Assembly: GCA_040954595.2 (NCBI GenBank) | Contig: CM082584.2 | Coordinates: 7,335,919 to 7,399,918 of the forward strand | Source: Balanoglossus misakiensis | Lineage: Eukaryota > Animalia > Hemichordata | DNA length: 64,000 nt | Direction: 5' to 3' | In this document: positions 55,201-64,000 of the stretch, piece by piece | How the letters are laid out: each line of letters begins with the position of its first letter | Position numbering within the stretch: the first letter of the stretch is position 1 | Translations under genes and position numbers: made by a program | Notes under the pieces: generated by a model | What the model saw: the letters and a program-made list of their open reading frames with translations, nothing else | The model's database searches: none | Told to the model about the DNA's origin: nothing

Positions 55201-58200
55201 GCACTACCGGTAACTTTACAGGTCAAAATTGGTCGCTGGGGACGGGCACAGTGCCTGAATGTCTCCCCGTACGAAGAAAGTTATCAAGAGTCTACGTATG
55301 TGAAAGAAATGCCCGACGATGCAGTTAGGTGGTAAGCTGATGTCACTGTGTTACACGTTGCTTTTCATTCTGTGGCTAACCTTGTACCTTGTATGGCATT
55401 TTACGGCGGGATAACAGGCAGGGGGAAATAGCTAAGGAAGAACTTGTCATGTTGGTATTACAATTTCCAACTGACATGCACAACACTCTCACAGGTCTCC
55501 CCTGGAGGTGATGGATGTACAGACTTATTCCACGGGTTCAGATGCATACATGTTCGCCCAGGTGATCTGGCAACTCTACAACGCCCACAAAATGCCATTC
55601 AACGAAGACCACGAGCTGCAGACCACGATATCTGTCACCCATAAACTTGTGCCATTTCCGCACCTTGACAAGACTAAGGTAGGTAGACATTTCGATAACT
55701 TGCGGCTAGTGGTCAGGGGGATGCCTTGAACCGTGCACTATTAGTGCACATACACTGGTCAGGATCATTCACATGCAACGTGCTTTGTCAGTGTGCAGCG
55801 TACGACTAGCAAAGATATGCCGCCTGTAACAGCGCTTATTTTGTACTTTGGACAACAATTTGAAGTGAAACTGGTCAAGATGTACGTGTTGATAAGTTGG
55901 CATATCATTCAGCGTCATTGATTCTGACGGATGACAAACCACTCTCCCGTCCACTTCACTTGAAGGTACGCAGCGCAGTTCTCCACCGAAAGCATCCACT
56001 GCAGCCCAGCAACTGCCCGGATTGGCTGTACGAGATGATGAAGCGTTGCTGGATCCCGCAGAGAATGAGGCGACCGACCTTCGATGTCATGTATCATTGT
56101 CTCATGAACAGGTTGGTGTTGGAAAATATTGACATTGGTTTTGCAATGATTGTTAGACAACATTAAAGGGATACCTGTGCAAAATAAGCCCCAGTAAAAA
56201 TGGACTAGTCCAAATCCCGTCTAACCAAATCTATCGTATATTCCTATTCTTCGTCTAGATCAATGAGTCCTCTGATTCAATACCAGAAACAGCGTACGTC
56301 ACAGGTCCAGAAGTCACGTTATCCGCGGGTATCCATGGCGTTCATAGGGCTGGAACGAGAGTTAGAACTCGAGGAGCGAGACACGTTTCAGTATTTCCGG
56401 AAGGGCACGTTGGACGACCAGGTCGAGAACGACGTCAACCCGGACGACGCGTACGGCGAAAGCCTGACGAGGAACGAGAGCGTGGTGTATTTCGAGAACG
56501 GGCGGACGTACAACCGCGCCAGACAGAGGAGCCACGCGGCAGTGCTGGGGCCATCTCGCGAGAGGCCGAGGGCGCAGTCGGAGTTGTTTGAACCCAGCCC
56601 CACCGCCGCCATCATCGCCAGTGGCGGAAGCGCCGGCGATGAATCCGAGTCTGAAGAGGAACCCGAATCGTGGCCCTTACCTCCTCCGCCGCTCGCCCTC
56701 CCAACAGGCGACGACGACACCACGGCAACGCCAGCGGCAGTGGAAAGAGTCCCACCGGAAATTGAGCATCCGCCCGACGGTGATTACAATCGCTACGAAG
56801 ACATGACCCTGGGCGGCAACCATATACCGCAGTTTCGTCCAGTGAACAGACCGGGGGCAGAGGAAAAGTCAACGGCCGAAGAAGGCACATCTTCGGCTGA
56901 ACGACAAAATGTGCACCGGGAGTCCAGCTTCCTTCAAGAGCTGGATAGCAGCAAAGCAGCCTTACGATCCAACATCCCGAGAAGAGAAGGTAGCGGCAAG
57001 GGAGACAAGAGGGACAGGAGAACTAGTACATTTTTCAGAAACGTCAAAGACTCGGTGGTCTCTGAAATAACGTCGGTGGTTCATCGACGCAAGCAGGTGA
57101 AGAGTTCCATCAGTTTATCCGCAGACGACCTTCACGAATCGGCGGTCGTTGCTGAATCGACCAAAAGGAGGACAATATGCGGCGATGACGTCAGATTTGA
57201 CGCGGGGAACGGAACCGAAATGCTTGACTTTTTACCACCACCACCACCACCACCTCCTCCAGAATTGTCGCCCGCAGCACCAGCACCGCCAACATCGCTG
57301 CCGCCAAGCGGTGCAAGCATACTGGACCTTTTACCCCCTCCACCACCGCTACCAACGTCATCACCTCCTCCATCACCGCCCGAATCACCACTACTACCAC
57401 CGTCATCGCCGCCCCCACCTCCTCCTCCGCCGCAGCAACCGTTTCCTCCCCTGTTCGAGCCACCGTCACTGCCGCAGCGGATGCGACACACCCTCCCGCT
57501 GTCGTCATCACAACCAGAAGCCGTCACCGCCACTCCAGCGAAAACCAACATCGTCAGTGACGCGGGCCTGTACGAAATGTGCGCGGACACCGTGTCACCG
57601 TCTCCCGGTAGCACACTGGGAGTCCCTCCGTCTTCCGCTATAACAGGGGATCGGCAAGAATCAGAAAAGCGTGAAATAGCAACAGGGGTGGAAACTGGTG
57701 GAGACGTGTCTGCATACCTGAGTCCACAAACCACAGCCGCCGAGAGAAGGCCAAGAAAGTCCAATTCCAAGCGAAGCTCATTGCGGAAGAGTGTAAGCTT
57801 GGACATGGATGCACTGGTGGGAAAGACTGTCGGCGAGTCGCGTTTGGAACGAGGAAACAGCCTGAACAAGTTGGTCATGTTCAGCGTTCCAGGCGAGCTT
57901 GGAAATGGGCAACGGTCGACAGGAAAGAATTCACAGAGTGAGGCGTACGACGGTGCAATAGCTGCCCCTCCCAAAGACGTCTTTCGTCCCAGGAGGCAGT
58001 CGATCACAAGTTTACCTCTCCCTCCGACCCCCGAAGAAGGCCTCTCGGATTTTAAGATCCACCGTTCTCTGTCGCAACCGCACCCGAATCCGCCTTCACA
58101 CAGGAACAGTCCAACGCAGGCAAAAGAAGGAGCGAGCTACGATACCGTGCCATATGAATTCGGCAAGTCGTCGACGTCACAAACTGCTCGTCGGCCAATC

Positions 58201-59754
58201 ACTCAGCAACCCGACCGCGATAGTCCGGTCGGCCAACGTGAAAACCCAGAGAAGATGGAATATGATCAGAATGCCACTCTGCGGGGGAAACAACATTCCC
58301 AGTCTCTTGTAAGGGAGATCCAGGAAACAACACAGCGTCTAAATAACGACAGTTTCTCAGCAAACGGTGCAAAATCGCCGGGGCCTGATTTGGCCATCGC
58401 TGTTGGCGGTCTCGCCACCACTGTCCTGCACGAGGGCGCTCCAGAGTTTGGCCACGTGACAGAGACAAGACAAAGCGGGGAACCACAGTTGCTCCACACT
58501 AATTTGAAGCTGGCGAATCTTGACGAAGAGCGGCACTTGGCGAACGCGAAATCCGAATCGAGAGAAATGTCCAAGTCCTCACCCATATACAGCAGTGTTC
58601 CCGACGAATTCTCTGGCAACGATGGTGATGATGACGACTACGTTGACGACTACGGCGACGATGATGATGATGACGAGTTTGATGATTTTATCGACTCCGA
58701 ACCGGATGAGCCAGACGGCTTCCCTCCCTCGGAGAGAGAACATCCGGGTCTCGGCAATGCATACCTATCTCGACACACTCTGAACGTGGGTAGTGACTCG
58801 AAGGAGAGACTTCTGTCGATGATCACGACCTCGGACGATGGACAACAACCAACAGCAGAATTCAACAAGCAAGCAGCAATCGAAAGGAATACTTTCAAAG
58901 GCGACCTGGTCATAAGTGAATCTCCTCACATCGCCGTAAATCGGAGTACCCCCAATGAGATGAAATCCGCCGAACCCAAGTTCTTGGGAAGAATGAAGCT
59001 GGTGAGTCTGAACGACGCAAAGCAGATTGTTCGGGTAGATTCCGACGCCACAGATCCCCGCCGATTACCAAAATTTCAGCCACCGCCTATATACAGCAGC
59101 GTGTCTGACGACAATTTCGACGAAGCAATCTCTGCGGCCACGTCAGCGGGGGAGTCTGGCTTTCTGTCGCCACTGGACCAAGCACAAAGTGACGCCGCAG
59201 ACCCAACCTTGACGTCATCACCTTCTTCCAGCCGAACGGGTTACTCCAGGGACCGCCTGCTCTCGATGTACTCCAAGCCGCAGAAAGCGAGGCATGATTC
59301 CGGCGGCCAATCACGAGCGGCGGACGAACCGGCGTCTGGTGATGTCGGCGCGAACCACGAAAGCGCCGAAATACCGAGCCCCTTTCACGATGCCGTCGAA
59401 GAAGACGATCGGGTATACGATTGCGTCCCCGACGAAGACGACAAGCAAAAGCGCGCCAAGCAGGCCAGACAGTGGAAACTGTGGAAACGCCCAAAACGGA
59501 AACAGCTCCCCGCCACGATGAGCGAAACTATCGACCGTCATCATCACCAAAACCCCGGAGCGCGCAAAACAGACCGATATGATAACGACGCGCGTAGTGA
59601 GGTTCGGACTATCTCGTCACCTCCCGTGCCCGTCGGACATGAGACTCGTGACCAAGATCAATACCAAGACGACCCGGAAAACGCTGCCGATGTGCAGAAC
59701 TCGACGCAATATCAGTTCCAACAAGAACTGCTGAAGAAGATATCCCGTGTTTGA
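46271..59754 (+). CDS. TIR domain - helical region - tandem tyrosine-kinase-like pseudokinase protein with Pro-rich tail, paralogue 2 (~2607 aa)
   Basis: 16 phase-consistent exons (7824 nt): 46271-46820 (TIR: VFVMYAE..WAETHLIDMLESRGIGCFHEERDFPLG..TILPLSQTF), 47573-48208, 48469-49256, 49399-49555, 49691-50542 (kinase 1: HDNIVKMIG..ILRDINARNF..KYCNFNLAK), 50813-50991 (IPKRWSAPES..SDSWM..YEILTCGCQPY), 51609-51780, 52950-53014, 53541-53624, 54094-54180, 54317-54445, 54815-55003 (IIHCDLRANY), 55222-55331 (VKIGRWGRA), 55495-55678, 55966-56111 (PSNCPDWLYEMMKRCW..RRPTF), 56259-59754. Confidence 0.87.
52359..52541. repeat. Imperfect intronic inverted repeat, probably a decayed DNA-transposon derivative
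   Basis: tttattttggactttgcacattt (52359) pairs with aatgtgcaaaacccaaaataaa (~52520-52541). Weaker outer symmetry at ~52238 and ~52650. Confidence 0.5.
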
Positions 59755-60410
59755 GATGTGCGCGGTAAAGTAAATTAAGAAGAAGCTAGGGGGATGAGTG
59801 GACACATATAACATGTAGATAACCCTTTCCATATTAAAAGATTAGAGGTATTTTGCAGTCATATTTTGCTATTATATACATATCTATATTTTGTATCTAG
59901 TGACATTCCGTTATTATTAAATTTCCCTGCTCAATTGCTAATGATCGGATATAGAAGAACCATTAAGTGAGGAAGTCCCATCAATAAAGCTTTAATATTT
60001 GTGAATGAATTCCTTGGATTGTCTACGTTGTCTCTGTTGTTCTATAGGCCTACAGGAAGACAGTTTGCAATGCATCTGTTGAGGGGGGGGGGTACACATG
60101 TACTGTAATAATTTCTCGCTTAAATAGCCATGTTGCAGTTTAGTTAAAACAGGATTTATCTTGCAATTACATGTTTGATGTGAACATGTCACCTGCAAAA
60201 GGACATTCGGACGCGGCGACATCATTGCATTGTGCGCGTCCGCGGGTTCTAATCAGCGATCGCGTAGCAACGTAGAACATGACCAGAGTTTAGAAACAGA
60301 ACCACTGGAATATCGCCGGCACACGTACACACGTGTGCGTTCGAATTCGTGGATATTTCTTTCTCAATAATTACTCTAGATTTCGGCAAAGGCTGGTCTG
60401 AAATTCGGAA

Positions 60411-61922
60411 ATGGCTGATAAAGGTAAGAACTAAATGGTAATGGAACAGTGTCTATTTTAACGACCCAAAATACAAAGATACATACTACATGTGTATTTG
60501 ACGTATCAATAGCGAAGGCACTCGTTGTAGGCTATTGGCTTTGGCGGGAAGAATATCACCAGTGCAACTGTTTATGAAGTGTAGGCCTAGGCCTAAAATC
60601 CGTCATCACTCCATATTGTTGAAAGTTTTAAGTGTTTTCATCATGACAGACACGTATGGAAGTGACATTGCACGATTCTGGCATTTGGACTTGTCGTTTC
60701 AGATTTAGAAGGCGGGAAGAATTTACTATTGCAACTTCCAGACGACGTGTTATACCGAATTCTGCAGTTTATACACCCTCTGTCCGAAGACTGTCTGAAT
60801 ATCATGCTTACCTGCAAACACTTGTGTCGGCTGATGCAAGACGACTCGCTTTACCAGATCAGAAGTTTGAAGGTCGTGTGGGGAATGAGAGAAGCGACAG
60901 CGCGGACCATACAGCGGTTTTCTCACTCTCTGACCTGTTTGGACGTCTCCGGTTGTCCGTTTATCCTCGAAAAGTACGCGATCCACATCGTGTTCAACTG
61001 CCAAGCTTTGAATTCGATCAATCTGGCGGGCTGCTACTGTTTGGGGGACCGGACGCTGGCGGCCATCACGTCGCTGCCACCCCCGCTCTACGAGATCAAC
61101 ATCAGCTGTTGCCCTCTGGTCACCGGGGCCGGGTTGCTGGACTTCATGAAGAAGCACGGGCGGAGCCTGGAGAAGCTCGACATGCAGCAGTGCAACGGCA
61201 TGCGCCGAGAGCGCCACCTGTTGGCGTTAATCGGCAACTACATGCCCGTCCTGGAGCACTTCTCCGTGCGCGGCGACAAGAGGCCGAGCGAGGTGTACCC
61301 GTGGACGTCGGGCGAAATCGAACGCGTCCTCAGGAAAAACCCGCCCCTCAGGTATCTCGACATCTCCTTCTGCCTGGTGATCAGCGCCGCCACGATGTCG
61401 CACGCTGCCAGGTGCGCGGACATGTTACACCTGCACGTCAGGAGGTGCTACATAACGAACCAATCGCTGGACAGCATCGGCCAAGGACTGCGCAAACTCG
61501 AGCTACTGGACATAGGCGAAAACTACCTCGTCACTGACCAGGGTCTATCGCATCTCACAAACTGCCGCAATTTGACCCACCTCGACTTAACTGACTGCCC
61601 GAATGTTTCCGACGTGGGGCTTGTAGAACTTCAGAAATCGTGCTGTAAATTGAAAACGTTGATACTGACAGTGTGCGACAATCTGACAGACGACAGCATT
61701 CGCCACTTGCCGTTTTATTGCCGCCATCTTGAATTCCTGGACGTCAGCTGTAACATTTACGTCACTTTCAAAACCGTCAAAAGCGTGCTACTGAGGGCGC
61801 AAAGCCATTTGAAAATCAAGGCAAAACACTGTCCCCTTGTCTTTAAAGGACACTCCGGTCTCTTGCATTATAGTTATCTATCTCAGAAACACGTTCTGAG
61901 ATTTGCGTTCGTCCCATGTTGA
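60411..61922 (+). CDS. F-box/leucine-rich-repeat protein (FBXL family, cysteine-containing LRRs)
   Basis: Exon 60411-60423 (MADK) splices in phase to 60703-61922. F-box LLQLPDDVLYRILQFI..LTCKHL, followed by LRR-CC units such as LTHLDLTDCPNVSDVGL and LKTLILTVCDNLTDDSI. Confidence 0.9.
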
Positions 61923-62765
61923 CGAATAGTGTTTTCTGGTACCGTGGACATCTGTTCGTTATTTAGTCTTCAAGTCGAGTCATGGGTTTGTGTCTTCCAG
62001 TGAACAGAACAAACAAACACCTGCCATGACGACCAAAATAATGCGAAAGATGGCGACCGTGCGTTGTCTGTGTACATGAATAAATTAACTTACATTATGA
62101 TGTCACCAATATTTCTCTAAAATCGTTGGAATTCCGTATTACTGAATAGTCAAATATTAATACCATGAGAAACTGTGCTTATTGAGCGATGACTGTGCAA
62201 TTACTCTTTTTTGAAAGCGTTTGAAATCGAAAGGAAGTATTTTTTTCTACAAGCTGTTGTTTTTTTATGGAGGATGACACAAGGGAACGTGTTCAACTAA
62301 CCATTCATACAGCTGCATAATGAATTGACGTGAACACAGCGTCCTATTAATTATTTTTCGATGCCACATGCGAAGACCAATTACCTGCGGCTCTCCACAA
62401 TAACAACACATTGATTGAGATATTATGTTTGGTTACAGCATACGTTTTAGATGGCTCAATCTCCACATGATCTCAACGATAGAGAAAAGCACCTTCTTAT
62501 CGCGGCGTCCATAGATCACCGATTTAGTAACAGTGCCTCATTTAATTAGTAACAGTACTAATTTAAATTTGCCATTTTTCTTTCGAAAGAGCACACGCTG
62601 TTTTTTTTAATTTTGGAGGATATGCCTCACCAGATTGGATTCATAATGAAAACATAAAATTATTTTGACCCCATACTGCCATGTTCTTCCACCATATGGT
62701 AGTTATTGTTATATCTGCCTCGCAACCTACACTGATATCACTTTCTGCTTTTAATAGTCGACGAG

Positions 62766-63692
62766 ATGGAGCTTATTGGGGCACAAATCATCGCCATGGT
62801 TGGTCTCTTCGTTGTTGCAGGCATCTGCGGTCTAATTCCGATCGTCCTAGGCCGGTGCGTACAGAGTCCGATCGTGGAACAGACGTTCGGTTTTCTGAAT
62901 TTTTTGGCGGGAGGCGTGATTTTGGCGACGAGTATGCTGAACATGCTGCCGGAGGTGCGCGCGGAATTGGTTCTGGCGGGTGACCACCTGAAACGTGCTT
63001 CTAATTTCCCCGTCGCTGAATTTCTCGTCTGCGCTGGAGTGTTCCTCATGTTTATGCTGGAACAGGCGATTTCGTTCTGTGCCGAACAATGCGTCGGTGG
63101 CAGCGATGAGGACATGCCGCTGAAACCTCCGGGCTCGGAAGGAAGTCCTGCTTGTTGTTATAACTCTACCACGAACGAGGAGACCATCAACCAGGAGACC
63201 GTGACGTCGGCAGATGGCAGTGTACCACCAACCCCACCATCATCTCACGTCAAATCTTACATGTTTTTCTTAGCTATCTGTATCCACGGCGTATTCGAGG
63301 GCATGGTGCTGGGACTGCTGCCGAACGCGAACAACGTGCTCATCCTCTCAGCGGGAATAGCATGCCACGAGGGTCCGGTCAGTTTCAGTTTCGCCGCCAG
63401 CGCCGTTCGCGCTGGCCTCGGCACGCGCGCCGCCGCGGCGCTGGTCGCTCTGCACGCGTCGGTCTTCCCGCTGGGCACCGGAATCGGCATCGGGGTGAAC
63501 TCGTTCTCGGACGGGACGACGAGGAACCTGTTCAGCGGCATCATGCAAGGTTTGGCCTGTGGAATGTTACTCTACGTTACGTTCTTTGAAATACTCCCCG
63601 GTGCGATCAAGGAGAGACAGTACAGAGCCCTGAAAACGGCAGTCCTCATACTTGGCTTTGCGGTCATTGCAATGCTCTATTTAATACATTAA
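62766..63692 (+). CDS. ZIP (SLC39) zinc transporter, ZIP1/2/3-like subfamily; intronless
   Basis: 308-aa ORF with ~8 hydrophobic segments: LNFLAGGVILATSMLNMLPE, FPVAEFLVCAGVFL, TM4 ICIHGVFEGMVLG, TM5 IACHEG, and QGLACGMLLYVTFFEILP. Confidence 0.93.
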   Translation: MELIGAQIIAMVGLFVVAGICGLIPIVLGRCVQSPIVEQTFGFLNFLAGGVILATSMLNMLPEVRAELVLAGDHLKRASNFPVAEFLVCAGVFLMFMLEQAISFCAEQCVGGSDEDMPLKPPGSEGSPACCYNSTTNEETINQETVTSADGSVPPTPPSSHVKSYMFFLAICIHGVFEGMVLGLLPNANNVLILSAGIACHEGPVSFSFAASAVRAGLGTRAAAALVALHASVFPLGTGIGIGVNSFSDGTTRNLFSGIMQGLACGMLLYVTFFEILPGAIKERQYRALKTAVLILGFAVIAMLYLIH

Positions 63693-64000
63693 CTATACAC
63701 GAAGAGCGTTACATATGCTGACCTGGGGCCTATACATTGATCTTCACATTTCATTCGTGGTTCCTTTACTCCCAAAGAAGTGTTACAGTAATGCTTATTC
63801 TGTTTACATTGTACATAATTCGCTGTGACTTCCAGCGTTTAATATTGTCTGGAATTTTGTGGTGTATTTACCTTGTGTAAAATTACCGTATACATGTACA
63901 GTCATGTATTTGAGTTTTCCATGCATTTGTATATTAGCAATTACAGGCAGATTTATCAGTGTTTTCACTTTTTCGCGCCATCGTTTCACGTTTTCGCCAT

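Noticed and set aside
57132-58007. 291-aa Gly-rich antisense ORF, and similar antisense ORFs over other large exons
   Set aside because: It mirrors the polyproline-coding strand and has no independent domain or splice evidence.
32892-59754. Calling the tandem-kinase genes JAK orthologues because a cytokine receptor is nearby
   Set aside because: No FERM or SH2 features are visible, the N-terminus is TIR, and the second kinase domain is degenerate whereas JAK JH1 is active.
60656-61537. 293-aa alternative-frame ORF overlapping the FBXL gene
   Set aside because: It starts inside the predicted intron and has an Arg/Ala/Pro-rich composition typical of a shadow frame of GC3-rich coding sequence.
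1-64000. Prokaryotic features (CRISPR arrays, operons, Thoeris-like TIR defence systems), rRNA or tRNA
   Set aside because: The genes are spliceosomal and metazoan-type, and I saw no repeat-spacer arrays or structural RNA signatures.

Overview
This is eukaryotic genomic DNA with GT-AG spliceosomal introns, probably from a marine invertebrate (inferred from gene content, not proven). I assembled all gene models by hand from splice signals and reading phase. In order: (1) a 5'-partial class I cytokine receptor of the gp130/Domeless type (Ig, cytokine-binding module with WSAWS, FN3, TM, Box1-like motif, ~620-aa tyrosine-motif tail); (2) two tandem PAP2 lipid phosphate phosphatases (PLPP/wunen-like), the first with a duplicated alternative last exon; (3) three tandem CD225/dispanin (IFITM/PRRT-like) genes on the minus strand; (4) two large head-to-head paralogues with an unusual architecture of TIR domain, helical region, two tandem degenerate tyrosine-kinase-like domains and a long disordered docking tail; (5) an F-box/LRR gene; (6) an intronless ZIP zinc transporter. 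There are also several MITE-like DNA-transposon derivatives and a (GAT)32 microsatellite. The best candidate for a new system is the TIR-tandem-pseudokinase pair, which sits in a neighbourhood of immune-signalling-type genes. No database searches were run.
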